64,000 nt of DNA. Origin: a virus. Its lineage: Duplodnaviria; Caudoviricetes. The stretch lies in the IMG/VR virus record IMGVR_UViG_3300027754_000035. One strand, written 5' to 3'. This document shows, piece by piece, positions 31,306 through 42,061 of the stretch (position 1 is the first letter of the stretch; each line of letters opens with the position of its first letter). Both the position numbers and the translations under genes were made by a program. The notes beneath the pieces were generated by a model, which was not told the origin of the DNA, ran no database searches, and saw only the letters and a list, made by a program, of their open reading frames with translations.

Positions 31306-31936
31306 GTTGACTGAAAAGCAAAAACAACTTATAGAAATTTTAAGAGACAAAAATACAAAATTGGTATTCATATCTGGCCCAGCTGGTACTTCAAAAACGT
31401 ATACGTCTATTTTGGCTGGTTTACATTTGATCAATGACAAACGTGTCAGTGAGATGGTATATATTCGATCTGCTGTAGAAAGCAGTGACAGTAAGCTAGG
31501 ATTTCTACCGGGTGAAATGGATGACAAAATGTTGCCATACATACAACCTTTGATTGACAAGTTGGAAGAGTTGTTGCCAAGATGCGACATTGAAAAGTTA
31601 AAAATGGAAGAGCGTATTCATGGTGCGCCTGTCAATTTTTTGCGTGGTCTGAATTGGAATGCTAAGTGCATCGTTGCGGATGAAGCACAAAATATGACCA
31701 GAAAAGAGTTGATCACACTCATTACTCGGGTTGGAGAATTCAGTAAATTATTCGTGTGTGGTGATCCAGATCAAAGCGATATCAACGGAAAAAGTGGGTT
31801 AACCGGCATTGTTAATCTGTTTGATGATGATGAAAGTCGAGCCAATGGAATTCATATCTTTAAGTTTGACGAAGAAGATGTAGTTCGTAGTGGTTTGGTA
31901 AAATTCATACTAAAAAAACTCAAAAAGCTAACTTGA
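31226..31936 (+). CDS. phoH: PhoH family ATPase
   Basis: SGPAGTSKT Walker A; LGFLPG; FLRG; ADEAQN; GDPDQSD. Confidence 0.95.
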   Translation: MSKRKDTSPKIHQNPKIKDTIQIKTVELTEKQKQLIEILRDKNTKLVFISGPAGTSKTYTSILAGLHLINDKRVSEMVYIRSAVESSDSKLGFLPGEMDDKMLPYIQPLIDKLEELLPRCDIEKLKMEERIHGAPVNFLRGLNWNAKCIVADEAQNMTRKELITLITRVGEFSKLFVCGDPDQSDINGKSGLTGIVNLFDDDESRANGIHIFKFDEEDVVRSGLVKFILKKLKKLT

Positions 31937-31958
31937 TTCATAATTATATGTATAACGT

Positions 31959-33878
31959 ATGTCAATATTGTCAAATAAAGGAAGAGTAATCCCAAGTCTC
32001 GACAATTATGCAAATCCAGCCAGTGGGGATTTGCTGATTGTGCAAGACATGGCACGTAATAAAACCAAGAACATTACATTCTCTCAGGTATCAGAAACTT
32101 TAGTAGGGTTGTTGCAAGGTGTCCCCGTAAATTTCACAGACACCGATAATAAATTTACTGGCTCATTCAAAGGTGGATTTGCCAAGTTTGATTCTTATTT
32201 GACTGCATTGGAAACCGAACCCGGGTTGTTATTTTCTGTAAAAGGTACTGCCTTTTCTGCAACGGGTTTTCAAACAATCACGTTGGGTGGTACATCAACC
32301 ATTACTCTGAATTCACCAACCGTTGTGGTTGGGCAGATTTTGAATGTTGGTGGTTTATTAACTGCATCCGGCGGAGTCGCTGGTAATCTCACTGGTAATG
32401 TATCGGGTAACTTAACTGGCAATGTCGTGGGCAATGTCGTGGGTAATGTCACCGGTGATGTAAAAGGTGACATTTATGATAATGGTGGCACTCAAAAAAT
32501 ACTAGACAATCGCACCAACAGAACAGCACTATTCAGAGGTAGCAGTAGTTATGCGAGTCGATCACTATCTTCAAGTCATGCGCGTGTTGCTGACTTGACC
32601 TATACTTGTGTAAGTCATACAACCACTGCGGACTTTGCAACATTGGCACGTAGTGCTAGTTATGCCAGCCAATCAAGATCGTCTTCATATTTGCGATACA
32701 CAGGAATTCCGAATGGTAGTTCAAGCTATGCATTGAGATCCGGTCTTGCTGATGTTGCGACATTCGCGTTGAGTATTGGTAATGCCAAAACAGCTTCTTT
32801 CTTGGCGTGGGTTCCAGGTCAAGTTAACGGTACAGCAAGTTATGCTAGATCCGCAAGTGTATCACGCAGTTCCAGTTATGCGCTGTCATCAAGCTATTCA
32901 TACAGTGGAAGCTATGCCACCAGCGCAAGTTATTTACCGATCACAACCATAAGTAAATTGTTAAACCAAACCCAGGGAGCTATCAATGTAAGATATCCGT
33001 TGGGAAATATTACGTATGGTAACTATCATTATTTTGTAAACTATGGTCGGGATAATGTTGGTCACTTGTTGAGACACAATATATTGACGAATCAAGTCGA
33101 GATGATTGCATCGGGAGCAAGTAGCGGTCTTATTATTGGTGGTCATATTTCTATACATAACTTCGATTATGGTGCTGGAGCACTGGATCACTTGGTTATG
33201 ACCCAAAATGGGTGGATCTATGTTTTGAAAGAACCGGGGTCTGCAACTCCAGTGATGTTGCCACCAATCAATGTCAGTGGCGACTTTCACCAACATCGAT
33301 GTTTATATGTGAATACTGTTCCAACAACATACGATACGTCGGCCAGTGTCCTACATCCGACTTTTTATGTGGGTGTCAGCAGCAATGCTTCTGATTGTAC
33401 AAACATGTATCTCTACAAGATATATTGGACGGGTGCGGCATATACTTATGTGCTAGTCCCCAATAACTGGAGCATGTTTACTACTACAATTGCAAATTCA
33501 ACTACATTTAGAAATATTGTGGGAACAACTCCGTTTAATCTATTGACCCAGATTTACAACCCGATTAAGAAGCGATTGTATTATTCCGAAAATTCTGTAG
33601 GATTGCTTCATATTTTTAATATTTCGGGTTTTGTTGGTGGTGCAAATTTGGGAGAATGGTGGAATCAAGTCAATGCTACTAAACTGCCACAATTGACATA
33701 TGAAAAAACAATTGCAATTTCTATTCCTGGTAGTAATTTTTGGACAAATGCTGAATGGGAGAGTTTTTCTCTGGAATATAATACAACTACAGGCGACGAA
33801 AAATTCTTATGTTGGAACCGAATTGGATACGACAACGGTACAGGCACAGTTGGTCGAGTTGCTTGGATAGAATCATAA
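31959..33878 (+). CDS. tail fibre / virion structural protein
   Basis: GNLTGNVSGNLTGNVVG and S(A/S)SYA repeats; C-terminal globular domain. Confidence 0.75.
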   Translation: MSILSNKGRVIPSLDNYANPASGDLLIVQDMARNKTKNITFSQVSETLVGLLQGVPVNFTDTDNKFTGSFKGGFAKFDSYLTALETEPGLLFSVKGTAFSATGFQTITLGGTSTITLNSPTVVVGQILNVGGLLTASGGVAGNLTGNVSGNLTGNVVGNVVGNVTGDVKGDIYDNGGTQKILDNRTNRTALFRGSSSYASRSLSSSHARVADLTYTCVSHTTTADFATLARSASYASQSRSSSYLRYTGIPNGSSSYALRSGLADVATFALSIGNAKTASFLAWVPGQVNGTASYARSASVSRSSSYALSSSYSYSGSYATSASYLPITTISKLLNQTQGAINVRYPLGNITYGNYHYFVNYGRDNVGHLLRHNILTNQVEMIASGASSGLIIGGHISIHNFDYGAGALDHLVMTQNGWIYVLKEPGSATPVMLPPINVSGDFHQHRCLYVNTVPTTYDTSASVLHPTFYVGVSSNASDCTNMYLYKIYWTGAAYTYVLVPNNWSMFTTTIANSTTFRNIVGTTPFNLLTQIYNPIKKRLYYSENSVGLLHIFNISGFVGGANLGEWWNQVNATKLPQLTYEKTIAISIPGSNFWTNAEWESFSLEYNTTTGDEKFLCWNRIGYDNGTGTVGRVAWIES

Positions 33879-33909
33879 ACACACAACCAATTTCCACAAA
33901 TTATAACAT

Positions 33910-35166
33910 ATGGCAAGCCCTTGTAATAGTCTCAATGTTCAAACCGTCAAAGTGAGTCAGCTTAGTAGTATCAGTCGTACTATTAAACCGAGTGACAGCT
34001 TTTTGGTGATTCAGAATGATGCTACCAAAACGTCCCGCAAAGCAACATTTGCAAATCTATTGACATTTTTGTCAACTGTGCCGACGGGATCATATTCTGG
34101 TAGTTTCAGCGGCAGTGCCCGTGGTCATTTTACTGGTAGTTTTACTGGTAGTTTCAAAGGCTATATGAGTGCGTCGAATGCATTCCACAACAAAGTTGCA
34201 TTTCATGGATCAGCAAGTTGGGCAGCAAATGCAAATCACGCATTGACGGCCGACACTGTAATTGGTTCAACAACAGGAACGGGAACTGTAAATCAGTTTA
34301 CATATTGGACGGGACTAAATACATTGGGTTCTACTCCGTATTTGACCATCGATTCCACAAAAAATAACATCAGTCAGACAAATCTGCCGGGTCGTATAAT
34401 GGTTAATCGACCATTTGATTTTGGAAGTAGCGCAGCCAGTGAGATGCCGCAAATCATTCAATACTCACAATCATACGAATTGTATGAAGTTGGTCTACAG
34501 GCAGCCAACAACTACATTCGCACTGGTAAAAACTTTGCAATCTTTTACTCTGGTTCTTATAGCGTTGGTGCCACTGATGGTGGTAAAGAAGCAATTTGGA
34601 GTCCAGATAAATCCGTAAATGTTGGAAAAAGTGGTTGGACAGTTGTGGGTGTGAGACAACGTTTGTTTGGTATTGGTCATTTTCCAAAATCGAGTCAAGT
34701 GAATGCGCAGTGTCATGTGCATTTGAGTAGTTCATTTGGTTGGCCAGGAGGTTATGATCCAAACGCCAATGTTTGGTTAGTTACATCTGGTAGTAGTTTC
34801 ACTAAGTTGGCGAGACTGAGTGGAGCCGGGCAATTGGACGTTAAGGGTGATATCGTTGCATATTCAACGTTTGCATCATCCGACGCACGTCTTAAAAATG
34901 ATATTCAACCAATCGAAGATGGTTATGATAAATTGAGTAATTTGAACCCAGTTTCGTTTACTTGGGAGTCAAATGAGCGTCCAGATTTTGGTTTGATCGC
35001 ACAGGAAGTTGAAGAACTGTATCCAGAGTTTGTCAAAGAAGACATGAATGGATACAAAGCGGTCAAATACAATTCTTTCATACCATTGTTGATCAAAACT
35101 GTACAAGAACAACAAGAACAAATTTTTGATTTATTGAAACGTATTGAATCATTGGAATCTGAATAA
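33910..35166 (+). CDS. tail fibre protein with C-terminal peptidase S74 intramolecular chaperone
   Basis: GDIVAYSTFASSDARLKNDIQPI...LNPVSFTW...GLIAQEVEE.YPE.V...coiled coil. Confidence 0.92.
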   Translation: MASPCNSLNVQTVKVSQLSSISRTIKPSDSFLVIQNDATKTSRKATFANLLTFLSTVPTGSYSGSFSGSARGHFTGSFTGSFKGYMSASNAFHNKVAFHGSASWAANANHALTADTVIGSTTGTGTVNQFTYWTGLNTLGSTPYLTIDSTKNNISQTNLPGRIMVNRPFDFGSSAASEMPQIIQYSQSYELYEVGLQAANNYIRTGKNFAIFYSGSYSVGATDGGKEAIWSPDKSVNVGKSGWTVVGVRQRLFGIGHFPKSSQVNAQCHVHLSSSFGWPGGYDPNANVWLVTSGSSFTKLARLSGAGQLDVKGDIVAYSTFASSDARLKNDIQPIEDGYDKLSNLNPVSFTWESNERPDFGLIAQEVEELYPEFVKEDMNGYKAVKYNSFIPLLIKTVQEQQEQIFDLLKRIESLESE

Positions 35167-35169
35167 GGT

Positions 35170-37062
35170 ATGTCCAACGTTAATCGACTCAATAGAAGTG
35201 GACCATTGTCATTTTCAGAATTGACATTGGGATCTCCATATAGTTCCATCAGTGATTTATTGAGCAATATAGAAAGTGTACCCACACAAAACGTATCTGT
35301 CTCAGCGTCGTTGTCGTTGCTGCGATCATGGACCGGTGATCCAACGGATAACACCAAAACATTATATGGTGTTGGCACTGGTCTTGTTAGTTACGATAGT
35401 GTTGTGGATGCCAAGCTGAGTGAATTCTACGGTGCAAATTATTTGAGCGCATCTATCAAACCAAATGGTAGTGGGCGTTGGGACGTTAAAATCTGGCCAG
35501 ATAGTGTAGTATACAATTCCAATTATTTAACACAAGAAACGTCGAGTCGAGTGTATCGGTACAGTGTGTATTCAAAACCACTCACAGGAACATCGTTTGT
35601 AAAACAGTCTGCGTATGTAAAATCAAATGTGGCGGAACAGTCTGTTGTGAATTTAACATCGGACCGAATCTATAAAGTTGTATTGAAGGATGTTGTTTCA
35701 AACGCTTTCACCTCTAGTTTTTTCACGGGTTCGTGTGGAGTTCCAGCGGGTAGTGTTGGTAGTAATGTGTATTTAGATTCTGGAACTACAACGACTATCG
35801 CTGCCGCCAGAGATGCGATTATTGCTGGAATTTCTAAATCTGGTTTGGATTCAAATCGCCAATCCGATGTTATTCAAATCGCAAAAATTTTGGCAAATTT
35901 TGTTGACCAACCGAATACATTATCACTCACTGGATATGTTCGCAATGCAACATCAACAACTAGTTGGCCGGCCGGTGGCACCCGCAGCTTTGATTTTGAG
36001 GGATTTATTAGTAGAATAGTGCAAGGTGGAAATTACTATGCTGGGCTAGTAACTTGTAGTGGTGGAAATTCTTTTGTTGGAAACCCTGCGACAACTTATC
36101 AATACGGTATAGATCAAGTGTATACGACATCTGGTCAATCTAGTATGGTCATATTTGCGTTGGCACCAGTGTCTTCGATTTCTGGCTGTTCGGCTTTACC
36201 AACCGACGCAATTTCAAACATAGTTGTGACCCAAAATTGTTTTTCACCAGCACAAACAATTAATCCATTAGTTACTACAGCAGATGTCAATTTTACTGGT
36301 AGTGCAATATTTGTGAATCCAAGCACCAATGCACATTCAGCAACATATACACTAAATGCTGATTGGATCAATACCGTAAATAATAAATCTTTGTACGATG
36401 GCAATCAACAGTTGTTACCAGCATTTTCACCAAGTACGTTTACTTTATCTGTGGGTCAAAGTAAAAAAGTGACCTATGCGTTTGGTAAAAATTATTGGCA
36501 CAATGCCATTCAAAGTTCAAGCTTTTCAACGAGAGGATCTTTCACCGCAGTATTTAGTGGTGGAGCCACACTGGTTGGGTATATAACATCCACAATGGAT
36601 AAAAATGTTTGTATGGGTAGTGGTGGTCAAGGTGGTGGCGGAGGATGTCCTGCTGCGTGGCAATTGATGGAAACAAAAGAAAGAGGGTTTATTCCAGCAA
36701 GAGAAATTGTTGTGGGTATGCACTTGCGTGATCCACAAATTGGTGTTTGGAATAGAGTAAATGTGGCATATGTTAGTCGTGCTCCAATTTACAGAACCAT
36801 TATTGATGGTGTTGCGTTTGATGTTGATAATAGCCATAAATGGCCTGTTGGTAACGACACTTGGAAGCAAGTGGTTGACATCAAACCGGGTGATACTCTT
36901 GAAGGTGTTAATAACAAGACGTTATTTGTCAACGATAATTATTTATTGCTTAAGGATGCTGAGTACATGCATTTGAATTGTGATAATCACAGATTTGTTA
37001 TGGGATCGGATGTTATTGGTCATAATGGAAGCGCATCTTGGTTGGTGACCAAAAAATTCTGA
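35170..37062 (+). CDS. virion structural protein with C-terminal Hint (intein-like) domain
   Basis: GGGGG|CPAA...IVVGMHL...DNSHKW...IKPGDTL...IGHN. Confidence 0.8.
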   Translation: MSNVNRLNRSGPLSFSELTLGSPYSSISDLLSNIESVPTQNVSVSASLSLLRSWTGDPTDNTKTLYGVGTGLVSYDSVVDAKLSEFYGANYLSASIKPNGSGRWDVKIWPDSVVYNSNYLTQETSSRVYRYSVYSKPLTGTSFVKQSAYVKSNVAEQSVVNLTSDRIYKVVLKDVVSNAFTSSFFTGSCGVPAGSVGSNVYLDSGTTTTIAAARDAIIAGISKSGLDSNRQSDVIQIAKILANFVDQPNTLSLTGYVRNATSTTSWPAGGTRSFDFEGFISRIVQGGNYYAGLVTCSGGNSFVGNPATTYQYGIDQVYTTSGQSSMVIFALAPVSSISGCSALPTDAISNIVVTQNCFSPAQTINPLVTTADVNFTGSAIFVNPSTNAHSATYTLNADWINTVNNKSLYDGNQQLLPAFSPSTFTLSVGQSKKVTYAFGKNYWHNAIQSSSFSTRGSFTAVFSGGATLVGYITSTMDKNVCMGSGGQGGGGGCPAAWQLMETKERGFIPAREIVVGMHLRDPQIGVWNRVNVAYVSRAPIYRTIIDGVAFDVDNSHKWPVGNDTWKQVVDIKPGDTLEGVNNKTLFVNDNYLLLKDAEYMHLNCDNHRFVMGSDVIGHNGSASWLVTKKF

Positions 37063-37106
37063 GTTATTTTGTCCAAGAAGAAGCGTTCTTGTTGATATTT
37101 ATATTT

Positions 37107-38216
37107 ATGATTAAATTCAAACATCTAGTGATTTTCACATCCATGCTGATTGCGGGCTGTGCTGCATTTTTTAGTGTATACGGTATTGGTCTTTTGTTTT
37201 CTGGAGCTATTGTTGCCGCAATGATAATGGCCAGTGCATTGGAACTTGGCAAGCTAGTAACAACATCGTGGTTATTTCGCTATTGGAACATTGCCAATAG
37301 ATTGATGAAAGTTTACATGGTAACTGCGGTTATTGTGTTGATGTGCATTACATCTCTGGGTATTTTTGGATATTTAACCGCAGCATTTCAAAAGAGTTCG
37401 TTGGAAACTGAATTGAGCATGACCAAGATTGTTGCCTTGGAAACTCAAAAGACACAAGAGTTTAAGAAAGTTGACAATGTTAGAATTACTATTGACAAAC
37501 TATTGAGTTTGCGTAGTTCACAAGAATCTAGATTGAGTCAAACCCTTACCAACGCAATCATCGCTCGCAATCCGATTCAGATGCAAAATATTCAGAATCA
37601 GATCAATGATCAAATTTCTGATCTAAATAAACAGATCGATGCGGAAAATACCAAGTTGAAGGATGCTGGTGATAAGTCTACCAAGATAGACGATGAAATT
37701 TTCAAACTCAAAATTGACAACAGTCAAAAGAAAGATATTACCACATTCAAATTTGTTGCGGATGAGTTTAATACCGATATTCGCCACGTTGTTAAGTGGT
37801 TTATTGTTGTGTTGATCACGGTTTTTGATCCATTGGCTGTGGTGTTGTTGTTGGCATACAATATGAGTTCCAATACACGCCAAAATAGCGAGCAAGATTT
37901 TCAAATGTATGGTGAAGAAAAAGTAGCTGCACCAGCACCAGTTGAACCAGCACCAGTTGAACATGAAAATATCAGAGAGGTTGAGAAAATCGTTGAAGTT
38001 GAAAAGCCAGTAGACAGAGTTGTTGATCGTGTTGTTGAAGTGGAAAAGCCTGTGGATCGTGTTGTTGATCGTGTTGTTGATCGTGTTGTTGAAGTGGAAA
38101 AGCCTGTGGATAGAATTGTTGATAGGATCGTTGAAGTGGACAGACCCATAGTAGAAACCATCGTAAAAAAAATTAAAAACAAAACTCAAGGCGGCCGGGG
38201 ATTGTTTAGTTTCTAA
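37107..38216 (+). CDS. membrane protein with coiled coil (conserved in T4-like large phages)
   Basis: Three N-terminal TM segments (AAFFSVYGIG..F; ALELGKLVTTSWL.RYW), coiled coil, VFDPLAV TM, VDRVVEVEKP repeats. Confidence 0.85.
   Translation: MIKFKHLVIFTSMLIAGCAAFFSVYGIGLLFSGAIVAAMIMASALELGKLVTTSWLFRYWNIANRLMKVYMVTAVIVLMCITSLGIFGYLTAAFQKSSLETELSMTKIVALETQKTQEFKKVDNVRITIDKLLSLRSSQESRLSQTLTNAIIARNPIQMQNIQNQINDQISDLNKQIDAENTKLKDAGDKSTKIDDEIFKLKIDNSQKKDITTFKFVADEFNTDIRHVVKWFIVVLITVFDPLAVVLLLAYNMSSNTRQNSEQDFQMYGEEKVAAPAPVEPAPVEHENIREVEKIVEVEKPVDRVVDRVVEVEKPVDRVVDRVVDRVVEVEKPVDRIVDRIVEVDRPIVETIVKKIKNKTQGGRGLFSF
37975..38160 (+). repeat. coding repeat VEVEKPVDRVVDRVV
   Basis: Repeated gttgatcgtgtt and gaagtggaaaagcctgtggat units. 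Confidence 0.85.
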
Positions 38217-38275
38217 AATAAAAATTCGTTTCTCACAGCGGGAACTATATATTACTATGTTAGAAAGTCCCACAC

Positions 38276-38410
38276 ATGAATAACGAAGAACTTTTAGAAT
38301 TGCGGCGAATTTTGCTAGAAGCAAACGAAAATAACGATTGGTTCGCTATACACGATGCTGTTGAATTCATAGACGAATTCATCGAGTGGGGTGACCAAGA
38401 AGAAGTATAA
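38276..38410 (+). CDS. small acidic protein (44 aa)
   Basis: MNNEELLELRRILLEANENNDWFAIHDAVEFIDEFIEWGDQEEV*. Confidence 0.65.
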   Translation: MNNEELLELRRILLEANENNDWFAIHDAVEFIDEFIEWGDQEEV

Positions 38411-38421
38411 TATCAAAATAT

Positions 38422-38916
38422 ATGATTACATCAATTCCTCAAAATGCGCTTATTGCGCTAGTTATAACAACCGTGCTGTTTCTAGGGAGCAGCATTTTTC
38501 TTTATATAACCCTAAGAAAATCTGAGTCACAGCTTGTTGAAAATCAGAAGAAGTTGGCTGATTACGAATTAGCATTCAAGGCTCAAAAAGATCTTTCGCA
38601 AATTATGACAACTGGAGTTGCAACATTTTTGCAAATTTCCGTGAATGAATCTTTGAAGCGGGTGGAAGATTTGGAGATTCAACTCAAAGAATTTGATACT
38701 ACAAATTCCGAATTGACTCAGTGGGTTACCGATTTTCAAAAACTTACAGGAAATGTGTATAAACAGTTGAAATCTATCGATGAGCGTGGTATGTTTGAAA
38801 AAGATGATGACGTTGGCTTCCTTTTCCAGGATATGTTGGGGATCATCACCGAATATAACAGAAGGGTTAATTTTAATGATAATAATACCGCCGATGAAAA
38901 ACAAACGCAAAAGTAA
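38422..38916 (+). CDS. single-pass membrane coiled-coil protein
   Basis: N-terminal TM; GMFEKDDDVGFLF motif. Confidence 0.78.
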   Translation: MITSIPQNALIALVITTVLFLGSSIFLYITLRKSESQLVENQKKLADYELAFKAQKDLSQIMTTGVATFLQISVNESLKRVEDLEIQLKEFDTTNSELTQWVTDFQKLTGNVYKQLKSIDERGMFEKDDDVGFLFQDMLGIITEYNRRVNFNDNNTADEKQTQK

Positions 38917-39919
38917 GGTATCTTCCGCTAAAGTGAAGACCGCAAAACTTTTGTCAAAAACCAAAAAAGACAAAAAGCAGAAGACTACTGTAGTTTACAA
39001 AGTAACTGATACTAAGAAAATCAAGAATGTAAAAAAGATTAAAAACGCTAAACCGGTAGATACCAACGTCGAAGTCGTCGCAACCGAGGTGATTGACTTA
39101 CCTATTCAGACGATTGTTAAAAGCATAGAAGTTCGTAGAGATGTTGATGTTGAACCGCTGGTAAATACTGATAGTGGTGATGATGACACAGCCGATACTC
39201 TAAACGAGGATGGTACTAGGAAAGTGCGTCGTCGTGGTAGAAATAAGAAAAACAAGATCTACTTTAGCAAAGCTACTGAAGATGCCATTATTGAATTCAA
39301 CGCTGAAGAAGATATGGATAAGCGTAACCTTATCTATAATGAGCGAATTAAGTTTAGTTTTGAAAAGCTGGTCGAAAACATTTATAACACATTCAAATTC
39401 ACGTATTTTGACACCGGCCCAATTGAAGTTCAACGTGAAACAGTTTCACATCTGGTAACAAACATACACAAGTTTCAAGCGGGTAAAGGCAAAGCATTTA
39501 GCTATTTTAGCATTGTTGCAAAGAACTATTTGATCTTCCACAACAACAATAACTACAAACGATTCAATCAACATGTGGACATCAGTGAAACACCAAGTGA
39601 AGACTCAGTTTGTTTGCAAACTGAAGACAAGCATCATTATGATGTGCAGACCAAGGAATTCATGAAACTGCTGATTGACTATTGGGAAAAAAACGTTACC
39701 AAGATCTTTAGTAAAACGAAGGATTTGAATATTGCGTATGCTGTTATTGAGTTGTTCCGTAACTGCGAACGCATCGAGAACTTTAACAAAAAGACACTGT
39801 ATCTGTTGATTCGGGAAATCAGCAATTGTAAGACGCAACAGATTACCAAGGTTTTGAATAGGATGAAGGGTTATCAATCCCAAATATCACAGAACTATAC
39901 TGATCAGGGTGTAATTTAA
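38894..39919 (+). CDS. phage sigma factor (late-transcription, gp55/sigma70 region-2-like) with basic N-terminal extension
   Basis: YFSKATEDAI...FEKLVENI...HKFQAGKGKAFSYFSIVAKNYLI; C-terminal helix-turn-helix-like segment. Confidence 0.75.
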   Translation: MKNKRKSKVSSAKVKTAKLLSKTKKDKKQKTTVVYKVTDTKKIKNVKKIKNAKPVDTNVEVVATEVIDLPIQTIVKSIEVRRDVDVEPLVNTDSGDDDTADTLNEDGTRKVRRRGRNKKNKIYFSKATEDAIIEFNAEEDMDKRNLIYNERIKFSFEKLVENIYNTFKFTYFDTGPIEVQRETVSHLVTNIHKFQAGKGKAFSYFSIVAKNYLIFHNNNNYKRFNQHVDISETPSEDSVCLQTEDKHHYDVQTKEFMKLLIDYWEKNVTKIFSKTKDLNIAYAVIELFRNCERIENFNKKTLYLLIREISNCKTQQITKVLNRMKGYQSQISQNYTDQGVI

Positions 39920-39947
39920 CCATTGCCACAATTTTAAGTATAAAAAC

Positions 39948-39976
39948 AAAACCAATCGACAAAACGATTGGTTTTT
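39948..39976 (+). terminator. intrinsic terminator
   Basis: aaaaccaatcg/cgattggtttt. Confidence 0.75.
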
Positions 39977-39989
39977 CTATTTATTGAGT

Positions 39990-40340
39990 ATGGATACAAA
40001 CTTTGAAATTTACAAAGGCAAGAACTTTTCGGGTCTTTGCAAAGATATTGTTAAAAACTCTGAGAGCAAGAAGGATCAAATTGATATTCTTATCTCTGAG
40101 TTACGTTCTTTGATCAAAACTGTGAATGATGCCATTATTATTGTGCCTCTCATTAAAGACTATTACGACGTGGGTGTGAAGAATGACGAGCAACTGGTGA
40201 AGCTGGCATCTATCGTTCAAAAATTAGTAGCAAAGGGTGAAGCTAGTGGTGAAGGTAATGGTATGATTTTAAGCGAAGACGAACGTAGACAGTTGATGGA
40301 AGACGTTGTGTCTATCGCAGGTGTATCCAAAACTAAATAA
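39990..40340 (+). CDS. conserved hypothetical late protein
   Basis: TATTTATT upstream; VKNDEQLVKLASIVQK. Confidence 0.8.
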   Translation: MDTNFEIYKGKNFSGLCKDIVKNSESKKDQIDILISELRSLIKTVNDAIIIVPLIKDYYDVGVKNDEQLVKLASIVQKLVAKGEASGEGNGMILSEDERRQLMEDVVSIAGVSKTK

Positions 40341-40342
40341 TC

Positions 40343-42055
40343 ATGGCTGATTCATCTACCAACATTGAAAGATACGTTCAGACTCAAAATCCGTCTGGTC
40401 GTGGCAGCGACCCACTCAATTTAGTTGGAGCCAATCCAAACTTCCAACTTGCGGTTGTTGTTGATATCATTCTAAATGATCAACACCCATTCTTCAGTAA
40501 AGAAGCTGATAATCTGCGTTCAAAAGGACCTGTTACCGTGGGTCCACAACAGATTCCCGTAAACTACAACAACGATGTACCAAACAGCAGGGACATCGAT
40601 TATAGTTATATTGGTAGAGCCAAGATTCGTATTTTGGAATTGGAAAAAAAGACGCCTGTGGAAAAGTTGCCATGGGCAATTCCTCTGGATAATACCATTA
40701 CTCAATATCCATTGTTGAATGAACAAGTTTTGGTTTTGAAAGTAGGTGGAAATTTCTACTATACAAAACCGTTTAACAAATCCAACTTCGTTGGAGCCAA
40801 TGTTGATTATGTTACCGAAGAGTCGTTGAGCCAAGATCACACATCGGCATCACCGGTAAATCCCGATGCACTCCGCAAGAGTTATTTATCACATCCATAT
40901 TTCAAAGCTATAACCAAAACTGGTTATTTGGGCAACTACTTTATACTCAATCCTTTTATTCGTAGTGTTCGTAAATTTGAAGGTGACACTGTGGTCGAAA
41001 GTCGATTCGGTCAAAGCATCAGATTTACGGCGTATGACGTTGATAGAAACAATGATAAATCTACAAACCCATCATACGCACTCAACGCTAATCTGTTTAG
41101 AGAGTCAGTGAACGGTGGATATGGTAACCCAAGAATTATTTTGCGCAACAGACAGCGCAATATTGCGTTGGATAAGCCACAAAAATTACATCCAAAACTA
41201 CCACCAATCCCGGTGATAACTCCCCGTGAAAAAAACTACGGTGGACAAATTGAAGAAGACATTAACAACGACGGTACCACGGTTGAGATTAACAGTGGGC
41301 CTGCTGTGAGTAGATGGGTTACCACCGTATACAAAAGCATGTTTGGTGTTGGTAAAGATCAAAAACCAATGGAGGAACAACCGATGTTTAATCCACAAGG
41401 ATCAACATCATACCAGATGCCTACATTGAACGGTGATCAATTCATTCTTAATACAGATCGTATAGTGTTGAGTAGTCGGTTTGCAGAAACATTACACTTC
41501 AGCAAACGTCGGTATGGTATTGTTACGGATTCCGAATATACAGTTGATGCTAATGATCAGATTGTACTTACTACCAACCGAGCAGCGTGTTTGAATGCTC
41601 CGCAAATATTTTTGGGACAATACGGTGAAACCAACGAACCAGCTTTGATGGGGCAGACCACTGTGGATTGGTTGTATGATCTTTGTAATTGGTTATTGGA
41701 TCACGTTCATTGGCACCACCACGTACATCCACATCCCCATGGGCACGAAGATGCTGGTCAAATCGATAACACCAATACCAATGATGCAAATCCAGATCAA
41801 ACACAAATCCCCGTGCAACAGATCAAGCTAAAATTGTTGCGAGACAATCTTCACAAAACACTGAGTCGCCGTGTATTTCTTACAGGTGGTGGATATGCAC
41901 CTGGAGCCAATGGTGTTAAACCTATTGGTAGTGCTGGCGAATGTGTAGCACCAGTGCAAATCAACACGGTTACTGGTGAGGGTGTACTGGGCGAGTTCAA
42001 GGGTAGAAATCGTCGTGAAGGTCCAGTACAGATTGAATTTGAATTTGAAAATTAA
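40343..42055 (+). CDS. baseplate hub/central spike (gp5/gpV-like) protein
   Basis: N-terminal OB-like YPLLNEQV; EGD.V.ESRFGQSIRF; GDQFILNTDRIVL; His cluster HVHWHHHVHPHPHGH. Confidence 0.7.
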   Translation: MADSSTNIERYVQTQNPSGRGSDPLNLVGANPNFQLAVVVDIILNDQHPFFSKEADNLRSKGPVTVGPQQIPVNYNNDVPNSRDIDYSYIGRAKIRILELEKKTPVEKLPWAIPLDNTITQYPLLNEQVLVLKVGGNFYYTKPFNKSNFVGANVDYVTEESLSQDHTSASPVNPDALRKSYLSHPYFKAITKTGYLGNYFILNPFIRSVRKFEGDTVVESRFGQSIRFTAYDVDRNNDKSTNPSYALNANLFRESVNGGYGNPRIILRNRQRNIALDKPQKLHPKLPPIPVITPREKNYGGQIEEDINNDGTTVEINSGPAVSRWVTTVYKSMFGVGKDQKPMEEQPMFNPQGSTSYQMPTLNGDQFILNTDRIVLSSRFAETLHFSKRRYGIVTDSEYTVDANDQIVLTTNRAACLNAPQIFLGQYGETNEPALMGQTTVDWLYDLCNWLLDHVHWHHHVHPHPHGHEDAGQIDNTNTNDANPDQTQIPVQQIKLKLLRDNLHKTLSRRVFLTGGGYAPGANGVKPIGSAGECVAPVQINTVTGEGVLGEFKGRNRREGPVQIEFEFEN

Positions 42056-42061
42056 TATACT

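Noticed and set aside
31959-37062. Diversity-generating retroelement acting on tail fibres
   Set aside because: No reverse transcriptase and no TR/VR repeat pair differing at adenines was seen.
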